DNA of 64,000 nt from Acidobacteriota bacterium (GTDB taxonomy: Bacteria; Acidobacteriota; Polarisedimenticolia; Gp22-AA2), in NCBI GenBank assembly GCA_041486695.1, contig JBGPLZ010000001.1, forward strand, positions 60,913 through 124,912, in the 5' to 3' direction. Position numbers and translations under genes: made by a program. The notes below the pieces were generated by a model. The model searched no databases. It was given only the letters and a program-made list of their open reading frames with translations, and was not told the origin of the DNA. This document shows positions 28,315 through 36,867 of this stretch, one piece after another (position 1 is the first letter of the stretch; every line of letters starts with the position of its first letter).

Positions 28315-29196
28315 TTACATCAAGCCGAGGCGGTTACGGTAGACGCTGCGCCCGACCGGCACGCAACTCCAGGCGCGCCAGCCCTGACGTTCCATCTCGT
28401 CCACAGCCCTCGAAGAGTTGTCCGCCGCATCGAACAATCCAAACACGGCCGAACCGCTCCCGGTCATCGCCGCCGCCGAAGCTCCGGCGCGCAGCAACCG
28501 CTCTTTGATTTCACGGATCGCGGGGCAGAACCCGATCGCGATCGACTCCAGGTCATTGCCGAGGCGCACCCAACCCTCCAAGGTGCCTGGAGAGACATTC
28601 CCGAGGCCAGGAATGCTACCGGTTTTGGCATGAGGTGTCAACGGCTCTTGCACTTGCGCATAGACATCCCGGGTCGAAATCGACACCCCGGGGTGAACCA
28701 GGACCAGCGGGCGAGGAGGAAGATCTGGAAGCGGGCTGACCTCGGTCCCCCGACCACGGACATGCACGGTCCCGCCGATCAGAAACAGCGGTACATCGGA
28801 CCCCAGAACGCCTGCGAGGACTCGGAGCCTATCCTCTCCAAGCTGCAGGTTCCATAGATGATCGAGGCCGACAAGGGTAGCCGCCGCGTCGCTGCTGCCT
28901 CCTCCGAGGCCTGCACCGACGGGGACCCGCTTACGGAGGAGAATGCGCGCCCCCGGAGCGTCTTGAACCCCCAGGAGGGCAGCGGCCGCCTTCCATACCA
29001 GGTTGCTCTGATCGGCGGGCAGCTCCTTAGGCTCCACTTCGAGGTAGATCCCCTCCGCCGTCTCGAGGTCGAGGGTGTCGTGCAGGCTGATCGTCTGCGC
29101 CACGGAATCGATCTCATGGTAGCCGTCGGGGCGGCGCCCGACGACCTTGAGGTAGAGATTGATCTTGGCGTGAGCCTGGAGGGTGTATCGCCTCAT
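28315..29196 (-). CDS. ispE: 4-diphosphocytidyl-2-C-methyl-D-erythritol kinase
   Basis: GHMP kinase motifs (KINLYLKVVGRRPDGYHEI...PVGAGLGGGSSDAAA). Confidence 0.85.
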   Translation of the reverse strand: MRRYTLQAHAKINLYLKVVGRRPDGYHEIDSVAQTISLHDTLDLETAEGIYLEVEPKELPADQSNLVWKAAAALLGVQDAPGARILLRKRVPVGAGLGGGSSDAAATLVGLDHLWNLQLGEDRLRVLAGVLGSDVPLFLIGGTVHVRGRGTEVSPLPDLPPRPLVLVHPGVSISTRDVYAQVQEPLTPHAKTGSIPGLGNVSPGTLEGWVRLGNDLESIAIGFCPAIREIKERLLRAGASAAAMTGSGSAVFGLFDAADNSSRAVDEMERQGWRAWSCVPVGRSVYRNRLGLM

Positions 29197-30071
29197 CTCT
29201 CCCGATCCGCGGTCGAGCCGAGGAGGCCCGCCGCGGTCAGGGAGGCGAGAAGCGGCCGCTTCTCGAATCCTTCAGGGACCGGAGGTGCGAAAACTGCGGG
29301 CGCCGTAGCGGACAGAACCGGCCCCTCGATCGCCGTCAGCTCTACCCGGGCATTCTCGCGCGCCAGCCTGAGGCGAATCCGCCGCGGCCAGCGCGGTCCC
29401 GAGCCGGTCTCGTGATCCTCGTACTCAACCTGAAGCATCATAGCACCGGTGATGCCATCCCGCACCGAGGCCTCGGTGAGAATCCCGCCGCGATCCTGGC
29501 AGCGGGCCCGATAGCGGATCTCGTTAGGCGGGCATGTGACCTCGTACCAGGCAACCGTGCGTCCGAACGTCGCGGCCAGTTTCGTCTGCACCTGCTGCTG
29601 CACCGATTCGGGCGAGCACATCGGGCGGCCGGTCAGGAGAGCCACGACCTGTGCGGGGTTGAGGGGCAGTCCGAGCAGCCGGTCGAGCGTCTCGGAGCTG
29701 GCCGGAGCGGCCTCGTAGCTTTTGTCTCCGGGCACCAGGGCCAGGGCGTCGGCCCCGTCCACCGCGACGATCAAGCGCGCGCCGCCCACCGGACCGAAGA
29801 ATTCGAGGCGGAGCCGGTCGGGCGGACGAAGAGCTGCGGCCATCTTGAAGTGCGACTTGCCCCTCGGACCGTCCGTCTCCACCCGGAACAGGGCCCGGTA
29901 GGCCGGCAGGACATCCGGGCTGGGCTGCAGCTCCGCAACTCTGGAAGTCGTGACGCATGCCGTGCCCGCCAGGAGGGACAGCAGGACGGACAGCGCGAGC
30001 GCCCGCGGGCGTGATAGCGCCGCCGTGGACGCATCGAGGCTCCGCTTGCCGATCTTACGACGGCGGCTCAT
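29193..30071 (-). CDS. LolB-like / DUF4292 outer-membrane lipoprotein
   Basis: Signal peptide with lipobox-like LLAGTAC. Conserved tpr-lolB-ispE-prs neighbourhood. ATGA overlaps on both sides. Confidence 0.55.
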   Translation of the reverse strand: MSRRRKIGKRSLDASTAALSRPRALALSVLLSLLAGTACVTTSRVAELQPSPDVLPAYRALFRVETDGPRGKSHFKMAAALRPPDRLRLEFFGPVGGARLIVAVDGADALALVPGDKSYEAAPASSETLDRLLGLPLNPAQVVALLTGRPMCSPESVQQQVQTKLAATFGRTVAWYEVTCPPNEIRYRARCQDRGGILTEASVRDGITGAMMLQVEYEDHETGSGPRWPRRIRLRLARENARVELTAIEGPVLSATAPAVFAPPVPEGFEKRPLLASLTAAGLLGSTADRER

Positions 30072-32032
30072 CGGGGAGCTTCGGCCGCAACCCGCGCCCG
30101 CTGGAGTTTGTCCCGTACCCGCCCGGGCTCTTCGTGGTCATGGTGGAGGGCCGATTCCCACTGCCGTACGGCCTCTTCGAGTCGTCCGGTGGCCATCAGC
30201 AGGTCTCCGAGGTGCTCCAGGATGGCCGGGTCGGCCTGGTCGTAACGCAGAGCATCCCGCAGGTTCTTCTCGGCCTGCTCGTAGAGCGCCAGCTTGAACT
30301 GCGCCCACCCGAGACTGTCGAGATAGGCGGGATTCTTCGGGTCGAGAGCTAGGGCGCGCTGCACGTAGGTGATCGACTCCTTCAGCTTTAGGCCGCGATC
30401 GGCCAGCATGTATCCGAGATAGTTGAGCGCCATCGCATTGTTAGGATTGAGACGGATCGCCTTGGCCAACAGCCGCTCCGCCTGCCCGCTCTCCCCCATT
30501 CGCTCCATCGCCGCCCCTCGTGCGAACACCAGGCCGTCATCCGCGGGGTGGCGCTGGGTCCCCTCCTTGAGCACCGCATCCGCTTCGGCAAACTGCTTCT
30601 GCCGCAACCACGCTTCCGATATCCGCGAATAGGCCTCCGGGCTGCGGTCCTTCTCCTGAAGCACCCGTCCGAAGAGGGTGCGCGCGCCCTCGAGGTCGGC
30701 CCGGACGATGAGGATCTCTCCCTGCGCGACCTGGATGTCGAGATCGCCCGGGAATCGGCGGAAGGCTTCCGTCAGAGTCTTCTGGGCTTCCTCGGGCTTC
30801 GCCGCCTCGAGATTCGCTCGAGCGAGGAGGAGAAACAGCTCCGGGCCGGGCTCATCTGCCGCCTCCAGGGCCTTCATGAACGACGCGGCCGCCGCCTCCC
30901 AGTCACGCGCATCCATCTTGATGAGGCCGATCTGGGAGTGAGTCAGCGTCAGGACCGCCGACTCACGGTCGGACAGCGCCCCCCGGCCGGCCGACAGATC
31001 GAGGAGCGCGTTGAATCCTGCGAGCGCCGCTTCTGAATTCCCTTCCTTCTCCTGCAGCCGGGCCTTGTGGAAGCGCGCTTCGAGGTATCCCGGCTGGCGT
31101 TCTATCAATCGATCGTAGCGCGTCATCGCCGCATCGGCATCCCCCGCGGCCTCGTAGGCCTGGGCCAGCGCCAGGAGGGCCGCTGAATCGACGGGATCGA
31201 GCCTCTGGGCCTCCTCCAGCGAGGCGATCGCCTCCTTGAAGCGCCCGGCGCGCAGCTGCAATGAGCCGAGCCGGCTTTGGACCGCCGCCGTCGGAGAGAC
31301 GCCGCGGAGCAGGCCCTCATAGACACCGATCGCCTGATCGGGCTTTTTCTCGTACTCGTAGAGCGCCGCCAGGCTGTCGGCCACTTCGAGGCTCGAAGGA
31401 GATCGCTCGGCCGCGCGCCGGAGATTGCGCTCCGCTTCGTCGAGATTTCCCCGGCGCGCCTCCACCTTGCCCAGAAGGAGAGAAAGGGTAGCGTCCAGTG
31501 ACTCCGACCGTGCAAAGGCATGCAGCTGGGTCGCCGCCTCGTCGAGCCGTCCCGTCTGAAACAGAATCTCGGCCAGGGGCTGGACGGCATCGCGGTCGGA
31601 AGGGTTGGCCTCCAGGGTGGCCCGGTACTGCTCGATGGCGCGCTCCACGTTGGCGTCGGTGTCCCGCCCCTCGCGGGCGCGGCTCAAGGCGATGTCCGCC
31701 AGAAGCCGGTGCGCCTCAGATACCCGAGGATGCGCCGTGGCGACTTGCTGCGCCAGGGAAGCGGCGCGGTCGAGATCATTCAAGGTGAAGCGCAGCTGGG
31801 CCAGCTCGAGCAGCAGATCGGGGTCGGTATCGCGCGCCGCCGCGCGCTCCAGGAAATCGATGGCCGAGGAGAAATCCCGCTCGAGGAGCGACTGCTGCGA
31901 GAGCGAGTAGAGCTGGTAGGCCTGCGCCTGACGCGAGATGTCGCCGGGGTCCGTTGCCGCCGCGGTGCCCGCGAGTGTGGAGCCGGCTGCCAGAAGCACC
32001 GCCATCACCAGACAGAATCCTGTGCGTGTCAT
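30068..32032 (-). CDS. tetratricopeptide-repeat protein, secreted
   Basis: Signal peptide followed by more than 12 TPR units throughout. 654 aa. Confidence 0.7.
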   Translation of the reverse strand: MTRTGFCLVMAVLLAAGSTLAGTAAATDPGDISRQAQAYQLYSLSQQSLLERDFSSAIDFLERAAARDTDPDLLLELAQLRFTLNDLDRAASLAQQVATAHPRVSEAHRLLADIALSRAREGRDTDANVERAIEQYRATLEANPSDRDAVQPLAEILFQTGRLDEAATQLHAFARSESLDATLSLLLGKVEARRGNLDEAERNLRRAAERSPSSLEVADSLAALYEYEKKPDQAIGVYEGLLRGVSPTAAVQSRLGSLQLRAGRFKEAIASLEEAQRLDPVDSAALLALAQAYEAAGDADAAMTRYDRLIERQPGYLEARFHKARLQEKEGNSEAALAGFNALLDLSAGRGALSDRESAVLTLTHSQIGLIKMDARDWEAAAASFMKALEAADEPGPELFLLLARANLEAAKPEEAQKTLTEAFRRFPGDLDIQVAQGEILIVRADLEGARTLFGRVLQEKDRSPEAYSRISEAWLRQKQFAEADAVLKEGTQRHPADDGLVFARGAAMERMGESGQAERLLAKAIRLNPNNAMALNYLGYMLADRGLKLKESITYVQRALALDPKNPAYLDSLGWAQFKLALYEQAEKNLRDALRYDQADPAILEHLGDLLMATGRLEEAVRQWESALHHDHEEPGRVRDKLQRARVAAEAPR

Positions 32033-33516
32033 CGCGTCTTCACCGTTTCGGGCTCATCGAACTTCATCTTGAGGCGACGTGAGAGTCCACCGAGACTCAT
32101 GCCCAGCTGTCGCGTCTGCTTGGAGTGAAAGTCGGCGTCGACCCCCTGGATGTCGTCATAGGAGCGGTCGGCGCTCGTCACCCGGGCCTCGATCCTCCGG
32201 TGCCCCGGGGACACCTGAAGGGAGCGTACCCAGAGACTCTTGGAACCGCCGCGAATCGGCTCGTCGAGCACCTTGTTGCCATCGATCCGGACGACGACAT
32301 GACCGCCGCTGAAGCGATGGCTCAGGGTCAGCTTCAGGCGCGCCATCGAGGCCGGATCCGAGCTCATGGCGGTCTCTTCCGGCGGCGCGCCGCTGCCGCG
32401 GTCCCATGGCGCCGCGGTGACTGCCGCGAGCGGACGATCTCCGGCCGAAACCGCCGGGGCTCGCCGGAGCAGGTACGGAGCGGAGGCCAGCATCCCCAGG
32501 CAGAGCAGGAAGACGACCCATCCCAGGCCGAGAGGCGAGCCGGCACGGATCAGGACCGCGGCCCAGCGAGGAGCCAGGAAAGTGATGCCCCGCACCCCCC
32601 CCTCCCGCGAGGACGGGGCGGTCTCCGCGGCGGCGCGGCCGGAGACCAGCGTCGCCGGAACCGAGCGATCGGCGGACCCCTTCCACTCGGCCACCGCGCT
32701 CCGTAGATCCTCCGCGAGATCGGCGCAGCGCGTGTAGCGGCCCGAGGCTCCCTTGGCGAGAACCTTCCGCATGACTCGATCGAACGCCGGCACGAGCGAA
32801 GGATTCAGTTTGGTGACCGGCGGGGGATCGACGTTGACGACCTGGTAGGAGATCGCGGTCACGCTCTCGCCCATGAATGGCTTCTCCCCCGTCAGGAGCT
32901 GATACAGGATCACGCCGAGGGAGAACTGGTCGGTGCGGCCATCGACATCCAGACCGGTCACCTGCTCGGGGGCCATGTAGTTGGGCGTTCCGAAGAAGCG
33001 TCCCGGTCGTGTCAGCCCGCCTGCGGCGAGGCGGGCGATGCCGAAGTCGAGGATCTTGGCCTGGCTGTTCTCTGTCAGGATGATGTTGGCGGGCTTGACG
33101 TCCCGATGGACGACGCCGTTCTCGTGGGCGTAGTCGAGCGCGCCGGCGAGCTGGGCGACCACGTCCGCCACCTGGGTCAGTGGGAGACGCCCTCCGCCCG
33201 CCAGGAGATCATGCAGATTGGTGCCGGTCACGAACTCCATGGCGATGTAGGCGTCGCCGTCGCCGCTCTTCTCGCCGACGTCGTAGATGGTCACGATGTT
33301 CGGGTGATTCAGCCGACCCGCGATCTGCGCCTCGTGATAGAAGCGCTGCAGGAACTCCTCTTCCTCCCCCGGACCAAGGGGGAAGGCGAAGGCGATCGTC
33401 TTCAGGGCGACGACCCTGCCGATGCGCGGGTCGCGGGCCTTGTAAACGGCCCCCATCGCCCCGCGCCCGACCTCCTCAAGAATCTCGTAGCGCCCGATCG
33501 TCTTGGGCTTGTCCAT
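32029..33516 (-). CDS. Hanks-type Ser/Thr protein kinase, one TM helix and a C-terminal extracytoplasmic domain
   Basis: Kinase subdomains GRGAMGAVYKA, VALK, HRDVKPANIIL, DFGIA, GTPNYMAPE. TM segment WAAVLIRAGSPLGLGWVVFLLCLGMLA. About 150-aa C-terminal domain without PASTA repeats. ATGA overlaps on both sides. Confidence 0.8.
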   Translation of the reverse strand: MDKPKTIGRYEILEEVGRGAMGAVYKARDPRIGRVVALKTIAFAFPLGPGEEEEFLQRFYHEAQIAGRLNHPNIVTIYDVGEKSGDGDAYIAMEFVTGTNLHDLLAGGGRLPLTQVADVVAQLAGALDYAHENGVVHRDVKPANIILTENSQAKILDFGIARLAAGGLTRPGRFFGTPNYMAPEQVTGLDVDGRTDQFSLGVILYQLLTGEKPFMGESVTAISYQVVNVDPPPVTKLNPSLVPAFDRVMRKVLAKGASGRYTRCADLAEDLRSAVAEWKGSADRSVPATLVSGRAAAETAPSSREGGVRGITFLAPRWAAVLIRAGSPLGLGWVVFLLCLGMLASAPYLLRRAPAVSAGDRPLAAVTAAPWDRGSGAPPEETAMSSDPASMARLKLTLSHRFSGGHVVVRIDGNKVLDEPIRGGSKSLWVRSLQVSPGHRRIEARVTSADRSYDDIQGVDADFHSKQTRQLGMSLGGLSRRLKMKFDEPETVKTR

Positions 33517-34448
33517 CAGTGCGATCCCCTGCGGTCGAGGCCGGCGAGAGTGGAGGCGGGAACGACCTTGATCTCCGCCGACCGGAGCAGGTCCGCACAA
33601 CCTCTCAGCGCCGCCGCCGTGACGCGATCGGCATGCCCGATCCCCACGGCCGCCCCCTGTTCGCGCGCCCTCCTGAGAAGCTCGCGGACCTGGCCTTCAA
33701 TATAGGACTCCTCTCGCCTGTCGTCCAGGAACACGCTGCGCTCCAGCGCGGGAATCCCCATGTCACGCGCCATGTCGTAGGCGACCGTCTCGCTGGTCGT
33801 CCGGCTGTCGAGGAAGTAGAGCCCGCGCTCGCGAACCACCTCCAGAACCGCCCGCATCGCCACCGGGTCGGCGGTCACCCGCGACCCCATGTGGTTATTC
33901 ACCCCCACCGCCTCGGGAACCTCGTCGAGCGCCCGGCGTACCGTCGCGGTGATCTCGGCCGGCCGCATCTTCTCCGAGATCGCTCCTTGCCCGGGATTAC
34001 GAGCGGGAAAGGCCAGCGGCTCCATCGGCAGATGCAGGATCACTTCCCGGCCCGAGGCTCGCAGCCGTGAGGCCAGGCTTCGAGTGTGGCTCTGGAACGG
34101 CAGGACCGCGAAGGTCAGCGGCAGACCGAGGCTCGCCATGTCGAGCGCCGGCCCCTCTTCGAAGCCGACATCGTCGATGACGATCGCGACACGGGGCGTC
34201 TCCTCTCCGGCCGGCACCCAGTCGTCTTCCGGCGAGGTCTCCGGTGAGCGAGGGCGAGGCCGCGGGGAGGGCAGGGCCGGCTCCTTGCGGGATCCTTCAT
34301 GCCCGCGACCATGAGCGGACACGGTTCGGGCACGGTCGGCCTGAGGGCGATCCAGGTACTCGAGGAGCCCGATGCAGAGGGTCACGAGGAGGGCCAGCGC
34401 GACGATCGGCCAGAGCCCGCTCTGCCGGGATCCCCCGGCACGGCTCAC
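33516..34448 (-). CDS. YibQ-family divergent polysaccharide deacetylase
   Basis: Motif VAIVIDDVG...LPLTFAVLP of the YibQ/DUF610 family. Start placed at GTG 34448, forming a GTGA overlap with the ctpA stop. The ORF's upstream ATG (34577) would overlap ctpA by 130 nt. Confidence 0.7.
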   Translation of the reverse strand: MSRAGGSRQSGLWPIVALALLVTLCIGLLEYLDRPQADRARTVSAHGRGHEGSRKEPALPSPRPRPRSPETSPEDDWVPAGEETPRVAIVIDDVGFEEGPALDMASLGLPLTFAVLPFQSHTRSLASRLRASGREVILHLPMEPLAFPARNPGQGAISEKMRPAEITATVRRALDEVPEAVGVNNHMGSRVTADPVAMRAVLEVVRERGLYFLDSRTTSETVAYDMARDMGIPALERSVFLDDRREESYIEGQVRELLRRAREQGAAVGIGHADRVTAAALRGCADLLRSAEIKVVPASTLAGLDRRGSH

Positions 34449-35617
34449 GCAGCGTTCCGGTGGGGCGTGGACGACAAGCCGTGCACGTAGTCGATTGCCT
34501 TCTGGCGCTGCGGATCGTCCGGATCCGATTCGTCTCCTTCGACGCCGAGGTCGGGCTCGATGCCTTTGCCGTTCCACTCCTTGCCGGAGGGGGATTGGAA
34601 CTTGCCGACGGCCAGCAGAACGCCGTCCCCTCCCTGCATCGGGAGGAGGCGCTGCTGGGTCCCCAGCCCCCAGGTTCTCTGGCCGAGGATCGGCGCGCCG
34701 AGACCGTCTCGCAGGGCGGCGCCGAGCACCTCGCAGGCGCGGCCGGTTCCTTCGTCCACCAGGACGGCCATCGGCTTGTCCCAGGCGAGGCGCCGGCCGT
34801 CGGCGCGGTAAGCCTTGTCTCCCTCGTAGCGATCGGTCACGGTGACGATGATGCCTTCGGGGATGAACAGGCTGGCCATGCCGATCGATTCCGCCAGGGC
34901 GTCCGAGACGCAGCCACGCAAATCGAGCACGAGCCGCTGCGCCCCGCGTCCCCTTAAGGATGAGATGGCCTGATCGAGGCGTCGCGCATCACCTTCGTGA
35001 ATCGCCGCGACCCGCACAACACCGACGTCCCCGGCCACCAGGGCCCCCGAAGGAGGCGCCATCCCGAGCGCCTTGCGGACCAGGGTGAAGGTCTTTCGTC
35101 CCCCGCCTTCGAGGGGGTTCACGACGAGGCTCGTTTTGCTGCCCGTCTTGCCGCGCAACAGCTGCCCCGCCTCCCAGGGCCCCATCTGGCGCGTCGATCG
35201 CCCGTCGATGCTGATGATCAGGTCGCCCGAGCGGATGCCCGCTTCGGCCGCCGGTGACTTGGACGTCACCGCGACGACGACGACGTACCCCCGGCGCTTC
35301 GATATGGCCAGCCCCACCTCCGCCGGGCCGGCGGTCTGGCCAAGCGCGGCTTTCTGATACTTGTCGGCCGTCAGGTACTCGTTGCCGGGATCGAGCGATT
35401 CCAGCATGCCGCGATAGGCCCCGTCCATGAGCGTGTCGATCTGCACCGGTTGAACGTAATTGTTGACGATCAGGTACAGCGCCTCGTTGAAGAGCTTGAG
35501 GTAGCCGTAGGGGCTCTCCACGGCAACAACGCGCCCCATCAACCCTCCCAGGAGGGTGAACATGATGATGCCCGCCGAGAACAGCAGCATGACCTTTCGA
35601 TCGAGTGTGATTTTCAT
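34445..35617 (-). CDS. ctpA: carboxy-terminal processing protease (S41, PDZ-containing)
   Basis: PDZ domain (GIRSGDLIISIDG) and S41 catalytic region (LVDEGTGRACEVLGAAL). N-terminal TM anchor. Start at Met 35617. Confidence 0.85.
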   Translation of the reverse strand: MKITLDRKVMLLFSAGIIMFTLLGGLMGRVVAVESPYGYLKLFNEALYLIVNNYVQPVQIDTLMDGAYRGMLESLDPGNEYLTADKYQKAALGQTAGPAEVGLAISKRRGYVVVVAVTSKSPAAEAGIRSGDLIISIDGRSTRQMGPWEAGQLLRGKTGSKTSLVVNPLEGGGRKTFTLVRKALGMAPPSGALVAGDVGVVRVAAIHEGDARRLDQAISSLRGRGAQRLVLDLRGCVSDALAESIGMASLFIPEGIIVTVTDRYEGDKAYRADGRRLAWDKPMAVLVDEGTGRACEVLGAALRDGLGAPILGQRTWGLGTQQRLLPMQGGDGVLLAVGKFQSPSGKEWNGKGIEPDLGVEGDESDPDDPQRQKAIDYVHGLSSTPHRNAA

Positions 35618-35631
35618 CTCGACACCTCTTT

Positions 35632-36867
35632 CTAGGGCGTATGGTGTGACCCGCGTGGCGTTGGCCCGGGGCGTTCGGCCGCCCGGCCGGTGCTGCCGCG
35701 CAGCCATGGCCCCGGATCTTCCGGCCTGCCATCGTGCCGGATCTCGAAATAGAGCCCCGGGGTCTCGAAGGCTCCTCCTTCCCCGGAGCGAGCGATCAAC
35801 TCCCCCTGGCGCACGTCCTGCCCGACCACGACGAGACGCTCAGACACGTGGCCGTAGATGGAAAGATAGCCGTCTCCGTGGTCGATGACAACCATTTCGC
35901 CATATCCTCTGAACCAATTACTGAAGATGACCCGCCCATCGAAAACCGTGTGCACGCCCTGTCCGGCCGGCGCGGCGATGTCGATCCCGGGATGGGGCAC
36001 CACGGTGTTGAAGCGCGGATGGCGAACATTCCCAAACGGCACGGCCAGGGTTCCCTGGATCGGCCAGGCGAGCTGTCCGCGGCGGCGGCCGAAGCCCAGC
36101 GACGAGAGAGCCCCTCCCGGGCCGGGCTTGGCGAGGGTCTCCAGCAGGGCACGAATCTCTTTCTCCATTCCCACGAGCTCGGCAAGGGCGCGGGTCTGCG
36201 ACGCCTGCTCACGGCGAATTCCGGCGAGCACGGCGTTCTTGCGCCGGCGGCTGTCCCGCAGCTCCTGATCCTTCGCCTGAAGCTCGGACTCGATCCGGTC
36301 GAGATCGTCTCGCTGCCGGCCCAATTCGGCCAGGACATCATCGAGTCTCTGCCGATCGGCGCGGTAGGCCTCGATCCGCCGGCTCTCGCCCAGGCCAAGC
36401 GCTTCGACGGCACGCTGGCCGGCGGCGAATTCCGCCGGGGAGGATGAGGCGGCGATGACGCGCAGGTATCGGGTCGGTCCCACCTTGTACACCTCCCGGA
36501 GGAGCCGGCCGAGATCCCTCTCGGAGTCGGTAATCCTCGTCTCGAGGGCGGCCGCGCTCTCCTGCGTCTCGCTCTCATGCGCCCGCACGGTGCGAGCCTC
36601 CTGGCGCAACGACTCCGCTTCCCGCCCGAGCAGCGCCGCCGTCAGATCGAGCTCCTCGATCGCGTCCAGCACCGAGCCCGCCCGCGCCGCGCTCCCGGCG
36701 AGGCGCTGTTTCAGCTCGGCGATCTCCGCCTGGATTCTCTCGAGCCTCGCCTGCTCGGAAATCCGTTTCTGCTCCGAGCCGGCCTCCGTGCGCCCGGCGC
36801 GCGCCGTGGTAGGGAGCCCGACAAGCGCCAAGATCAGAAGCGGTTCAATGACGCAGCGTCTGGCCAT
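35632..36867 (-). CDS. EnvC-like coiled-coil M23 peptidase (murein hydrolase activator)
   Basis: Signal peptide, long coiled-coil, C-terminal LytM/M23 domain (GIDIAAPAGQGVHTVFDGRVIFSNWFRGYGEMVVIDHGDGYLSIYGH). envC-ctpA-yibQ order as in other Gram-negatives. Confidence 0.75.
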   Translation of the reverse strand: MARRCVIEPLLILALVGLPTTARAGRTEAGSEQKRISEQARLERIQAEIAELKQRLAGSAARAGSVLDAIEELDLTAALLGREAESLRQEARTVRAHESETQESAAALETRITDSERDLGRLLREVYKVGPTRYLRVIAASSSPAEFAAGQRAVEALGLGESRRIEAYRADRQRLDDVLAELGRQRDDLDRIESELQAKDQELRDSRRRKNAVLAGIRREQASQTRALAELVGMEKEIRALLETLAKPGPGGALSSLGFGRRRGQLAWPIQGTLAVPFGNVRHPRFNTVVPHPGIDIAAPAGQGVHTVFDGRVIFSNWFRGYGEMVVIDHGDGYLSIYGHVSERLVVVGQDVRQGELIARSGEGGAFETPGLYFEIRHDGRPEDPGPWLRGSTGRAAERPGPTPRGSHHTP

